Counted from the stretch's first letter, positions 48,421-61,749 are shown. The stretch is 64,000 bases of DNA from Lama glama (GCA_028534125.1 CM052837.1:14694001-14758000), one strand, 5' to 3'. Numbers and translations are program-made. Notes: a model not told the origin generated them from the sequence alone.

Positions 48421-50589
48421 CTTATATGTTATTTTTGATTGGGCAACAGTGCCTTAAGTAAGGACAGAATTATGTATTTCAGGAAAGCCAAATAATGGAA
48501 AAAACTCGAGCTTATACATTTTTCCATTTTTTCAAAAACACTTGTGAATCGTACCGTAAGCCTTTGGTATGTGAGTATAGAATAACTGAGCAGGGAGGCG
48601 TTGGGAGATGAGTCATGAAGGTCTGGGTAGTTCCCTAATTTATTGGTCACAAAGGCACACACACTGTGTTCTTTCTCTACCCCACCACACCCAAAGGGCT
48701 AATATGCAGTTCTTTTTTCATTACAAAGATATTTCTTACTTAAAAAAATGTGTTTCCACTGCACATACATTAGGGTACTCAATCAGGGCAGTTTAACATT
48801 CAGATAACAGAAGAAAACCAAGATGTCATTAGCAATTCTTAAAAGCCTTAGGACAAACAACAAAGGAAGTTCTGAGAAATCACAATTATTGTTTTCTTGA
48901 TATTCGAGTGTCTAAGAACATTTCCTAAACGTTTGTAAAATTCAAATTCAGCATCAGAGATCTGAGATATTCTCCAGGGAATCATGAGGAGGGTCTGAAT
49001 TTTGCAGCGGGGACATGGGTGGTAGGCAGTGCTCATTAACTGTTAAATCACTCACAACTGCTGTCCCATCTCAAAGCCCAGCCTGCACTGTGTTTTGTAT
49101 TGCCTCCTCTCACTTAATCCTCCCCAACCCTATGATGCTAATATTGGTGTTACCACAATTTACCATGCTGCTTACCTGTGGGATAGGGAGTCTCTCTTGA
49201 ACCACAGAAACCTTGGATGTTAAATTTATAAACAATCAATTATACATGCTTACACACATTTCAGGGGTGAATTATTTGAAATATGTATCCTGCACCCAAG
49301 ATGAAGGAACCATCAGAGCCATACTACATATCTGTTACGGAAAGTTTTTTGTTTTGTTTTTTTTTTTTGGCTTCTGGCCAAAGAAAAACACTCCTTGCCC
49401 AGACATACACTCCCCATCAATGAACCCTGAGGTCCTAAGAGACATGCCATTTTCACCTAAGAGTAAGGGGACAAAGAAAGAATGAAAATTGAGTGCTAGT
49501 ACTAAGGAGAACACACCCATTCCTCAGCTAGGCATGGACAAGTAACTAAGTTCTGAACAAGGAGGTAAAAGGAAAAGTATTTTATGAGAGCTCTAGGAAG
49601 GTAGTTTAAAAGGGAGGGTGGGCAGCTTTTTTCCCTGTCCTGTATCCTGTAATCTAGAATTTAGATGTGATGATTAGAGTCCCAGGAACAGCCATTAAGA
49701 CTCTGAAGTGACTTTCAAGATAACAGAACAGAGAGCTAGAAAGAGACTGGGTTCTCTCATGACACTGCTGAACTGCCACACTAGCCCTGCTTACTTTCAG
49801 ATTTCATATACACAAGAAAAATATATTTTCTGATACATGCAACCAACCCTAATCCCGATACAGACAGTTATAATTATAGGGTAAGAAGACCAACTCCTAA
49901 CATTATGACTTGTGATGGATGAGGAAGAGAAATGCTGAGGGTGCTCTGGAAGGAGCTCTTGCCAGGAAGCACAATGCTGCCTACATTTGCTAAAGAAAAA
50001 ATGTTATAAGGAATCAATATTATGAAGTTTCCACTAGCAAAGGGGAGCTCAGCCAATCTGCACATTCCCCAGAGTTTAGACTCAGGCTCTGACAGCTTCC
50101 CTTCAGAGTCCATCTATTCAAAGATACATTAGTACTGATAAAATATGATCAAGGGTCGGGTACATATTTATTTCAATATCTGGCCTTTTCTCTCAGTTAA
50201 ATCTCACAGCCATCTACAAGAGAGATACTCCTCTTACTTCCATTTTGAAGATAAACTGAGAGATGGTCACATAGCTGGTAGTTGTAGAAGTAGATTTCAA
50301 ATCCAAGTCTACCTGACTTTTCTTTACATAGCACTATTTGACCTTTCAAAAGCTTAAAGACTATTGAAGGATGTCTCCCAGGTGTGGCAGGAACAAAGAA
50401 ATGGCAGCTAGGGCTGTTAAGCTCTGCCAGGGTCTTCTTCGAGAGCTGTTTAAGCTCTCTGATTCGAGAAAAGGCACCTAGAAGGAGAGTTCAGTTCAGT
50501 TCCTTCAGCCAATTGCTCAGTCAACATTTTATTATTTATTATTAAGAAGAAAAACTATTTTTACAACTACATCCTTGGTTGCCTGCTGT

Positions 50590-51690
50590 GTGGTAGGCAG
50601 GTAGGCACTTGTACTAGGCATTCTATGTATTTTAACCAAATTAATCCCCCCAACCAATTTAGGAGTTAGATATTGTTTTTCCATTCTACAAATGAAGACT
50701 CTAAAGATCACAGAGGTTAAGGAATTTGCTCGTGGCCACATACCTATTAAGTGGCTACCGGAAATGAAACTCAGGGCTTTTAAAACTCCAAAGTTCATGA
50801 TCTTCCTTTCTTGTTTCACCAGATACTGAGAATATACCGACAGATTAGATATGGACTAGATATAGATTATCATCAAGGAGTTCACGAACCAATAGTGAGG
50901 CACAAATAAACTATCCAAACCCTGAAAAATTCACCTGGCATAAGGCTAGTCAGTTAACAGTGAAGTGAGATGCTGGAACTACAGACCAGAGAAGAAATTT
51001 TTAGAAGGGTTACTGCTTGAGATGAGCTTGGGAGGACAAAAAGCAGTTAGCCAAGAGAAGGGTCGAAACAAGAAACAGTTTTTTTAAGCAGAGAGGTCTT
51101 TGAAGCTTGAAAAAGCCTATCTGGCTCCAGAAATGGCTAAAGAACTAGGTAAGGCATCAAACAGGACCTCAATAAACATCTGCTAAATGAATGTGAAAAC
51201 GGCAGACATGAAAGATTGAGGTCTGTGAAGATATGTAAAAGAAATGCGGGAGATGAGGCCAGAAGCAGCAGTGAACAGATGACAAAGGGGCCTTTAGGCC
51301 ACAATAAGAAGTTTTAACTTTCCACTGAACACACTGAGGAACCACAAGAAGCTTTAACACAGGGAGGGTGACCATAACAATCGGGTTTTAAAAACAATGA
51401 CTGACAGCAGGGTAGACAGTGGTGTGGTCTGAGGTTAGGAGGGTTGCTGACGAAAGCCTTCAGGAGTAATGTAGCCAACAGACCAGGAGGACCTCAGAGC
51501 AGGGCTGGTAAGTTTACAGCGGCAGAACTGAAGACTTAACAAGGAGATGCCAGAGGTAAGAAAGGCCCAGGTGTCTGACTTAGAGGAATCTAAATACTGT
51601 AAACAGGAGGATGATCGCTTTGGGATGTACCACAGGGAAGGTGATGAGCTTAGTTCTGAACACTGAGAATGGCCAGCACTACAGGACATA
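50590..51690 (-). mobile_element. MIR (50590-50810) followed by L2 (50830-51690)
   Basis: ccattctacaaatgaagactctaaagatcacagaggttaagg; gaaaccacaagaagctttaacacaggg. Confidence 0.6.
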
Positions 51691-51919
51691 CTGTACCTAC
51701 ATGGGGAAGTGGTGGGGGTGAAGGGTAGGAGAAGGAGCAGAATGGCAGACAGGCAACGACAGAGCAGCTGCCATGAAAGTCAGGCAGTAAGCCAAAGAAT
51801 GGAAGAAGACAGCTGTTAAGACTGACAAAAGCAGCAGTGAGCAAGCCAGGCAGGAGACACGTGACAAGCACAGGAGGCAGGAGTAGGTGGGTGTTGATGA
51901 GTAAAAAACTGATACATGC

Positions 51920-52012
51920 CACCAAGGGAGGGTGGAGCAGGAACAGCACACTGAATCCTTGCCAGTGAGAGAGAAGAATCTGAAAAACTGCTGAAGGGCT
52001 TCTGAAGAAGTC
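51920..52012 (-). other. PTPRA: Candidate optional PTPRA 5'UTR exon (93 nt, GC donor)
   Basis: Good acceptor tttctttgttccag|GACTTC. The body resembles a human PTPRA 5'UTR segment as I recall it. Donor is GTG|gcatgt. Confidence 0.5.
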
Positions 52013-52419
52013 CTGGAACAAAGAAATCAACTTTCATTATAGGTCTTCTATTGAGAGAAAGTGCAATAAAGGTCCAAAATAAAGGGCAGAGTCTGAAGCT
52101 CTCAAGAGAAGCTTGTTTCCATAGATAAACTTAGGAAGACAATGAAAATTACCATTAATGCTGCAAGAAGTTGTTAAATTCTATCTTCGAGTTACACCTA
52201 TTGGGGCCTAGAGAAAAGATGAGACTGGAGGCAAGGAGGTCAATTACATTACTTCATTAAACAAAACAGTTTGGTATAAACATACTGCAGATCAAGACAA
52301 AGGACAATATGGGAAAGTATTTGTTCTGCTTAAAGCATACCTTGGAGTAAACTATTGGATATATGAAATCAGAATATAGTACAGGTTATATGCATAAAAT
52401 AAATTTTAGAAACAAACCA

Positions 52420-53760
52420 GGGATGAAGCTTGGCCAAGATGGTGGATTAGGAAGACACTAAGCTTACCTCCTCTCGCAGGCACACCAAAATTAGAATTAT
52501 TTGAAGAGTAACTATTGATGCGAAAGACTGGAATCTAGCAGAAAAGATCTACAGCTAAAGAAATAAAGAAGGAAACCACACAAGATGGGTGTGAGATCCA
52601 TAAAGGAGGACAACTATAATTGCAGAGGTTCACCCCAAGCAGCAAGGGGTCCGAGTCTCACATCGGGCTCCCTAGCCCAGGGGTCCTGCACAGGAAGACA
52701 AGCTCCCAGACAGTTTGGCTTTGAAGGCCAGGGGCTTACTTACAGGAGGTCCCAGAGGGCTATGGGAAATAACCTCTCAAAAGGTGCACACAAAGCCTCA
52801 TGCTTCGGGATCAAGGACAGAAGTAGTAATTTGAAAGGAGCCTGGGACAGAGCTACTTGCTCATCTTGGAGAGCCTCCCAGAGAGGCATGAGGCAACTAG
52901 AGCTCACTCTGGGGACACAGACACTGGTAGCAGCCATTTGGGGGGAGCCTGTTCCACCATGTGCACATGGGTGCTAGCAAACATCATTCTGGAATTAGTT
53001 GAGCAGAAAAGAGGAAATAATCCCCAACTCATTCTAAAGGGTGAGTGAAACCTGACACTAAAATAGCACAAAAATATTACAGGAAATGAAATTATAGGCC
53101 CACTTCCACTCAATAACACAGATTCAAATATCCTAAACAAACTATTAACAAATTGAATTTGGTATATAAACAAGGTAACCTATGATCAATTTGAGTTTAT
53201 CCAAGGTGTACAAGGATGTTTTAACATGAAATCTATACATATAACTCACCCATATTAAAGAAGATCATATAATCATTTCAATTAATGTAGAAAAACCACT
53301 GGATTAAAACACATGAATTCATGATTTTTAAATAATCTCTCAATTAGGAATTGAAGAAAAACCTCTTAACCTAATAAAAGTTATTTTAAAGCAACAAAAC
53401 CTTGCAATTACCATCTTCAATGGGGAAACACTGAAAGTATTCCCTTTAACATAAGGATAAGACAAGCTGATCCACTATTCTATTCATAATATATGAGATA
53501 TGTGTATGTATGACTGACCCATTATGCTGTACAGCAGAAGTTGACACATTATAAACTGACTATATTTCAATAAAAAAAAAAGAAAGAAGAAAAATAGTAT
53601 GAGAGGTCCCAGCCTTTGCAGTAAAAAAAAGAAATGAGAATCATAAAAATTAGGTAAGACTACATATTTTCAGGAAATATTATCATTTACATAGAAAATC
53701 CATAAGAACACATAGGCAAATTATTAGGGGGGCTATCAAGGTGACAAGATAAAAGTTTTT
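52420..53760 (+). mobile_element. L1 5'UTR (52420-53000) joined to an ORF2 remnant; short young L1 3' end at ~53497-53592
   Basis: ccaagatggtggattaggaagacactaagcttacctcctc is a typical L1 5' terminus; ORF2 motif aaatatcctaaacaaactattaacaaattgaat. Confidence 0.7.
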
Positions 53761-54471
53761 ATACCCAGTAAAAATAGCCACTGATTTGCACTCAAGAGAG
53801 TGCTTGCTAGGTTAAGAGAACAAATCATAATATAAATCATATAAAATTATTATGATAATTTATATTATCATATAAATTATAAATGCTGGTAAGAAGGAAT
53901 CAGACAGAAAGAAAAGGAAGGTATACAAGAAAAATAAAGAGACAGAACTGGTAGAAAAGTGAGGGAGCTTTAATCTTCAAAATTTTCTGTGAAGTACATA
54001 GCAAAATTAAAAGCAAAAAAAAGAGGAGATCGTGGGATAAAGTTTTAAGAGTTGATAAGACTAATACTGCTGCTGCAGAAAATGGCAGTAAATGTTGACA
54101 GTGGGTAGCCCTAAGGGCCTAGGAAAAAATGCTCTAAGCAGGGATGTTTTGGAGAAGATACAGAATTAAAGTTTTCTTGGGTCAATGTAACAGAACTATA
54201 AGCAACAGGGTTGAGTACTAGCAAGAAAATAGCTGAACTGCTGAACCAGAGTCTAGCCTTGATAGGAGATACTAACGATTAGAAAAAATAAAGGATTTAA
54301 GTGACTAAAAACTCAGAAGCTATTGGAGAATATTTTATAGTAGGAACAACAGAGTAAATAAACTGGAAAGCCCTCAAGAGACTAATTTCACCAGAACTGT
54401 TTGAAATTCATTGTAACTGACAGGCTGAAGTCCTTGAAAAAAAATCAATAAAAGTGGCTAACTCTTATATA

Positions 54472-54682
54472 GAGTTGATCCTTGGAAAAAATGGGGATTA
54501 GGAACGTCAACCCACCATGTAGTTGAAAATCCACATATACTGGATAGTTGGCCTTCCATATCCGTGTTTCCTCACCCTCGGAATTCAACCAACTGTGGAT
54601 CATGTAGTATTTACTATTGAAAAAAAATCCACATATAAGTGAACCTGCACAGTTCAAACCCATGTTGACCAAGAACCAACTG
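54472..54682. mobile_element. Tigger2-derived MITE (MER8-like)
   Basis: TA-flanked TIRs gagttgatccttgg ... ccaagaaccaactg. Confidence 0.8.
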
Positions 54683-57547
54683 TAGTTATAGTTTCCTTGA
54701 GATATACGGGTCTCAATGCCAGTAAAATGTAAATCCTTAACTACTCCCAGTAATGCCACAAGCTGTTTCATTACCATCCCTTCAAATTTCCATGTTTACT
54801 TTCCTCCTCTACTCCTGCAGGCAAAACTTAAACTATTTCAGCGCTGATTATCTTCTTTTACAAAGTTAATTAATAGGATGTCGGTTGTCTGAAGCAGTCA
54901 TCAACCTCCTATCCAACTGATTAGACAGAAATTATCTACTGGCCAATTTTACTTATAACTTTAACATAAACAAACTTTGGCCTACTAATTTGGCAAAAAT
55001 CAGGCTGCAAGTCACTAATATCTATTAGATTCTGGTGGACACTGACTTTTGTGGCTATGGCACTAATCAATACTGAATTCTCTCATCTGGGAGGAGGACT
55101 GTTCATATATTCAGTGTCTGCAAAGAGCTCCTGCTGAGCTAAACACAGTGCAGTGTGTACTCTACGAAAGAGTCCATGAGACAGGCATGGGGGGTGTGGG
55201 GTAGTTTAATTCTTTCACAATGCCTGTGGAGAGTCTGGCAGTGATGAAAGCCTAGAAAATTCATGAAAGGCCTTTTTATAACCAGAGTGAATGTGGAGCA
55301 CAAAAGCAAAGTCAGATGACCTACTTAAAGCTTTGCTTTTACTGATGCGAATTCATTCTTATTCCAAATTAGTCTCTTTCTAGAAAAAGGAAACCTCACA
55401 CAATGGCTGGAAAATTAAGAAACAGGGAGTATAACTCTACTAAGTTTCCATCTTTCCCTCTCAAATTTCAGCTCGAGACCTAGGGCCTACGGCCAGAGGC
55501 AGAATACATTTCACAAGGCTCTATGAGTATGATCTTGCTTATCTCAGTGTAACAACACGTTCTCTGAGTGCTAGCTATGAAGAAATTTAAATTCTATAAT
55601 CCATAAATCAGATAGATCAGAAGTTCGGGCTAGTAATATTATAAGAGGAAATAGTTTCTTAACTTCTTCCTGGAAGTTATACAAAGCAAATGGATGGTAA
55701 ACCTGTCTGGCAAGGTAAGGACAGCCAAAGTTGCTTCAAAGCAGGGAACCACTCATTTGTTAATCTGTTCAGCTAAACTCCTTGTCTTGTGCCAGGTGGG
55801 GATGCAAAGGAGAGAGAGGCTCCTGTCCCTGAGGCGCTCACATCTCAAGTGTTTTCTCACCCACCATTCTCATGTTACCCACACATTTCAGGCTAGCCAA
55901 TAAAACTCTTCTCATCCAGGAGGTAGATGAATATGACTTTTCTTCATTTTGATTCATTTACTCTTTCCTTTCAGTTGAAGAATAAAATGGAAAATCCTTA
56001 TTCTTCTCTTCTATGATTAATTTCCCATTAAAAACGTGATCTGATCTGTTCTCATTCTGCTGAGTCTACAGGTGTAGAATGTCTACTATACATGCCAAAC
56101 AGTGAAAACATTTGTGAAGAATACAAAGAAATCTGACATGGTCTCTCTCTTCATGTGCTCCTTTTATTACTAGTCATCCCACCTCCACATTTGTCCTCTG
56201 CTTCTCCTCTCCCTCCATGTTGCTTTGAATGAAGAATTAGGTGTACTTGTCAAAGATCACAGAGCTAGATCTAGAACCTAGATTTGTCAATTTCCAATTC
56301 ACTCATCTTTCTAAAGGGAAACGAAAGAAAAATGGTGTGGTGGGGTGAAGGTGTGGGTATTGTCCCCCAGAACTCACTGTTATGGTTCTAAGTGAATCCC
56401 AACTCTCTCCCCCACCTTTCTCCTTCCCCATTTTTTTCTTGCCATTCATTCTTTATACTGGCACTGCTGCTGTTTGAAAGCTTCTGCTCCTGATCCTCTC
56501 ACATCAGCCAGGTCTCAGCTTAAACAAAACCTGCCCCAGTTAGTTTAATAGGACCATGCTCACTCCCTCTCCACTCCAGATATTCATTACCATAACAGTC
56601 TATTCACTGCTTTCAAAAAACTTAATTGCATATGTATTTACCTGTCAATTATAATCAAGACTGTGCTCTATGTGAATCAAAGACCATGTCTACTTTGCTC
56701 ACATGACCGACCCAGCACCTAGCAAAGCTTCCCACACATAACAGGTATCCCACGTAGTAGACTGAAGTCAACCTACCCCTGCTTAAAAGTAACTCAATCA
56801 CTGAAACTGGATTAAAATAATTCCTGACCCCTAGGCAAGCCCAGAAACAAATATAAATCCTCTAAAAGAAGATATCATCCTGGGTCTCATATTATTTCTA
56901 CAAACAGCTTTAAAAATATAACATCTGGTCCGTGAGGAAATAACATGAGAATCTGTAGAAAACAGACAAGAATGGTACCACAGCACTGAGAATTTCAGCC
57001 AAGAGTCAATGCTATTAAAAATGTAATGGTAGAACTCAAAAACACAACACCTCACCAAATAGAAATTTTATAACTGAGAAAATACAACAGATTTCAATAG
57101 AAATCTGTTAAAAACAAAGATTTCAACAGAACGATTTAAGAACAGATAAAATACAGCTGAAGAGAGAATTCATGAAATGAAAGATAGGTCAAAAAGAAGT
57201 ATCCAGAATAAAGTAGAGGGAGGCAAGAGGATCAAAAATACACAAGAGATGAGAGGATATGAACTACAGAGAATATAAGTGAGATGATCTAACCCACATG
57301 TAATCTGAGTCCCAGTCAAGAAGAAAGAGAGAGATGAAACAGAAGAAATATTTGAAGAGACAAAGGCTAAAAATTCTCCAAAACTGACAAAAGACATCAA
57401 GCCACAGACTTAAGAAATTTCAGGAACCACAAGCAGATAAATAAAACGGAAGTCTGTGTCTACATACAACAAAGTAATACTTCTGAAAATATAAGAATTT
57501 TCTTTCTTTAAAAAATTTAAGTATTCAGAAGAAAAAAAAAGAAATAC

Positions 57548-58552
57548 TGTGGCAGACTGCAAAGGTGGCTACAAACATCCCTCCAATTCCTGCGTGTACA
57601 CCTTTTATAATGAGACTTCGGTACTCCTCCTACCAAAAGATAACATTTATTTCCCCAACTCTTGAATTTGAGCTGGCCTTATGACTTGCTTGAGTCAATA
57701 AAATGCAGTGGGAGGGATGGCATAACTTTGAAGTTGAGGCCTTAAAAGACTTTGCAGCTTCCATTTGGCTCTCTGGGAACACTGCTGCCATAATGTGAAG
57801 AAGCCCTGGCTGACCCTTTTACATAGAGAGCCCCAGCAGAAGTTAACAGCAATAGCCAGACATGTGCTTGAGACAATCCCAGCTCCAGAATAACCACCAG
57901 TTGACTACAGCTGTAGGAATAATTCCAGTCAAGACCACAGAGGAACCAAACAGCAAACCCAGCACAGGCTCTGATTCACAGCACTGAAAACGAATTACAG
58001 ATCTTACTTGACTTTTCGTGGGGTTATGTCCAGATAAACTTATTGTAAGTTGAAAAAAGCCTAAGCCCAAAATGCATTTAGTAATCTAACCTACCAAACA
58101 CAATAGCCTAGCCTATCTTAAACATGCTTAGAGTGCTTACATTAGCCAACAGTTGAGCAACATTTTATTTTATAATAAACTGCTCAGTATCTCCTGTAAT
58201 TTGTTGAACTCTGTACTGTAAGTGAAAAACAAGAATGGTTTAATGGGAACAGAATGGTTCTAAGTGTATATGTTGTTTATCCTTGTGATTATGTGGCCGA
58301 CATGGGAGCTATGGCTCGTTGCTGCTGTCCAGCATCACAAGAAAGTATTGTACCATATATTGCTAGTCCAGAGGAAAAAAAAAATCAAAATTAGAGATAT
58401 GGTTTATATTGAATTTATATCACTTTCACACCATCATAAAATTGAAAAATCGTAAGTCAAACCATTATAAGTCGAGGACTATTTGTAGATGGTTGTTGCT
58501 TTAAACTACTAAGTTTGGAGATCTTTGGCTTTGCAGCAACAGAAAATAGATA
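57548..58552 (+). mobile_element. MLT1-type MaLR LTR interrupted by a Tigger MITE
   Basis: tgtggcagac start; cttgaatttgagctggccttatgacttgc; end ctttaaactactaagtttgg...gcagcaacagaaaat. Confidence 0.75.
57998..58485. mobile_element. MER47/Tigger5-type MITE
   Basis: TA-flanked TIRs cagatcttacttgactt ... aagtcgaggactatttg. Confidence 0.8.
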
Positions 58553-58589
58553 TAGAAATATTTTCTTCAAAAAAATTAAGAGTAAACAG

Positions 58590-59240
58590 CTGATCATAGT
58601 ATTTACATATTGTTAACTTTATATCTCAATATTTAAGCTACAAGATATCAAGGAGAAAAGTTAACATCATCCAAAGACTTGTATCTTCTTCTGAGAAAGG
58701 GGTACTAATTTTTTGACTGAATGCAGGATAGATGTATCACATGGTGGTGGAAGCACGGCCTTGCTACTGTCTTTATTTGGAGATTAAATATGGCTTAAGA
58801 AGTGCATCTGAGTACCAAGTTGACAAGGGATAGACTTGTAAGGTTAATTTTATGTGTCAACTGGCTGGACCATGGTCCCTAGATATTTGGTCAAACATTA
58901 GTCTGATGTTTCCATGCAGGTATTTTGGGATGAGATTTACATTTAAACTGGTGGACTTTGAGTAAAGTCTGTCATAATGTGAGAGAGCTATATCTAACCA
59001 GCTGAAGGCCTGAACAGAAGAAAAGGCTCATTTCCCTGGAACCAGAGGGAATTTTTCAGCAGACTATCTTCAAACTTCAACTTTCTTGAATCTCCAGCCT
59101 GTTGCCCAACCCCTCATCAGATTTTGAACTTACCAAGCTGCCATAAGTGGGTAAGCTAATTCCTTAAAATAAATCTTTTTATATATACATGTACACGTAT
59201 CCTACTGGTTCTGTTTCTCTGTAGAAGCCTGACTACTACA
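58590..59240 (+). mobile_element. ERVL internal 3' end with PPT and MLT2 LTR (58837-59240)
   Basis: ccaagttgacaagggatagact|tgtaaggttaattttatgtgtcaact ... gttctgtttctctgtagaagcctgactactaca. Confidence 0.8.
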
Positions 59241-60334
59241 GACAGAAGCCAAAAGACAATGGAAAGAATATCTTCAAAGGGCAAAAATAACTGCCAATCT
59301 AGAATTCTATACCCAGTAAAAATATCTTTTAAGAATCTTGAGATGAAATTTAAAAATTTTCAGGCTAAGAAAAGTGAACAAAATTCAACACTGGCAAAAC
59401 TATTGTAAGAAATTACTAAAGGACATTCTTCAAGCAGAAGGAAAATAATCCTCGAAAGATTCAGAAAGAGTGAAGAAAAATGAAAATGGTAGTACATGGG
59501 TGGATCTAAATGTACACCAATCATAAAAAACAATAATGTCTTCTGAGGTTTAAAACATATATGATTAAAATACATAACAAAAATAGATATATATGGGGGT
59601 AGATTAAAGAAATTTAAAATGTTCCAAAATCTTTGTATTGCTTAAGAACCAATGTACTGATTTACTATTAATATTAATTTAATAGCCTAGATTACTTGCT
59701 ATAATCTCTAGAGTAACCACTCTAGAAATTATAGATAGAGTCTATAACTTCAAAGAGGGGAAAAAAACTGTAATAGTAATAAAAAAGCCAATTAATCCAA
59801 AAAGCAAGAGAGGAGAGAAAAAGGAACCCAGAACAGATGTGTCAAATGGAAAGCAAGGATGGCAAATTTAAATTCAAATATATTGATCACATTAAATTAA
59901 TTAAAAGCTCCAATTAAAATATGAAATTATATGACCTAATAACATAAAACCCAATTATATGCTGTTTGCAAGAAACATTTAAAACATAAAGATATAGAAA
60001 AGCTGACAATGAAAGAACAGAATAAAATAAACCATGAAAATACTAGGATAACTCTGATATCAATATCTGACAAAGCACATGCGTGTGCACGCATGTACAT
60101 GCACACAAAGTAACTGCAAAAAAATCTTAAAATTCTAACCAAGAAAATGCAGGATATGTTATAATTATACTATATGACTGAGGAAGGCTTACTTCAGAAA
60201 TTAAACCACAGTCTACTATCAGGAAACATATTAATAAAAATCCCCACAAAAATAATTCAAACTATAAAACGCCACATGATTACCCTGATGATTGCCAGAA
60301 AAGCTGCTTGTAAAACTCTTGATTTTTTAAAAAT

Positions 60335-61130
60335 GCATTCATTAGACAAAAATATTTACTGAACACTCGTTTTGTGCTAGGTTCTAGTCCTGATACTAGA
60401 AATGAAGCAGTAAGCAAAACCTAACTGAATACCTGCCCTCATGAACCTTACAGTCTAGCAGCAAAAAAGCTGACATTAAACAACTCACTTAACAGATAAA
60501 TGTGAGAAGAGAATTACAGGACTCTAAGAGCCCATAAGAAAATCTAACCTAGTCAGGGAGCTCAGTAAAGCTCCCTGAGGACTTCTGACTCCTGAACTGG
60601 AATATCAAAGATGAATAGAAGTTAAGCAGGCAAGGAGGCTGTGGAACTCTATTCTAGCCAATGGTCTCAGAAATGGTGCAAGGCCTAAAAGAAGCCATTG
60701 TATCTAGAGAACAAAGAGTAAGGGAGAGCATGGCACCAGAGAAGGCTGGAGATGTATGCAGGTCAGGACGACGTAAGGCGGATTTTTCTTTGACCTAAGA
60801 GCATTAAGAAGCCTCTGAAGAACAGATGTATGACTTCTGCTTCTACTAGAGGGTGATTTACCTGGCAGGAATTTTGGAATGAACACTCTGGATAGGTATA
60901 GAGCACAGAAGTCAGGATGTGGGTAAACCAGTTAGGAGGCTAGGTTACTAGCAGAGATATAAAAGTGTTACGAGTAGGGAGATATTTAGGAGGTAAACTG
61001 CACAGAATTTGATAAAGAATTTGCTCCCGAGCTGAGGGAAAGGTGTCAAATGCTACTTGTTTCTGATTTACCTAGCTTGTACCATTCAATGAGTCAGAGA
61101 ATGAAGGAAAAGAATCACACTTGTGAGGGC
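60335..61130 (-). mobile_element. L2 fragment
   Basis: cattcattagacaaaaatatttactgaacac...cctgccctcatgaaccttacagtctag. Confidence 0.7.
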
Positions 61131-61295
61131 AACTTCTCAAAAATCCTTAGAAACCAGAAACAAAAGAATCTTTCAGCTGAGAAAATGATCTCAAAATAAT
61201 AGCCAATGACATATTGAAAAGCGAAACACTGAAATCATTAAACCAGGGTAAGAAAAGCATGTTGACTGCCACTACAATGATCTGGTAATCTACAA

Positions 61296-61584
61296 CAGGG
61301 GCTGGCACACAGTCTCTGTTGCAACTACTCAACTTTGCTGTTGCACCATAAAAGCAGCCATGGACAATATGTGCATAAATGAGCACAGCTGTACTCCAAA
61401 GAAACTTTATGAACATTGAAATTTAAATTTCATATAATATTCACATATTATTCTTTTGAGTCTTTTTCCAACCACTTAAAAATGTAGAGCCCACTTTGAG
61501 TCCGTATGTCATACAGAAAAAAACAAAAAAAACAAAAACAAGCAGTAGGATGAATATAAAAGATGGGCCAGTTTGCTGACCACT
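61296..61584 (+). mobile_element. MER58-like hAT MITE
   Basis: caggggctggca ... agtttgctgaccactg; internal tctctgttgcaactactcaactttgc. Confidence 0.75.
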
Positions 61585-61749
61585 GTTCTAGAAGTTCTAG
61601 TTAATGGGGTAAAAAAACAAAATGAGATATAATTATTGGGGAAACACCCCAAAACTTATTTGCAGATGCAAGACTGTGTACTTAGGGAAAAAAAGTACAT
61701 AGGGGAAAACCTAGTGTCCATAAACTAATGTTTATAATATAAAAATGAA

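Larger units (their letters stand above)
56800..60330 (+). mobile_element. Old L1 ORF1/early ORF2 remnant with nested insertions
   Basis: ORF1 motifs before 57540 resume at 59241 (ctagaattctatacccagtaaaaatatc); ORF2 start ttatatgctgtttgcaagaaac. Confidence 0.7.

Noticed and set aside
53822-53885. AT-rich palindromic patch
   Set aside because: Low-complexity AT sequence; inverted repeats expected by chance.
55238-55348. Calling a C/D box snoRNA as a feature
   Set aside because: Antisense to the host gene, non-canonical terminal stem and no recognisable rRNA guide. Kept only as a low-confidence finding.
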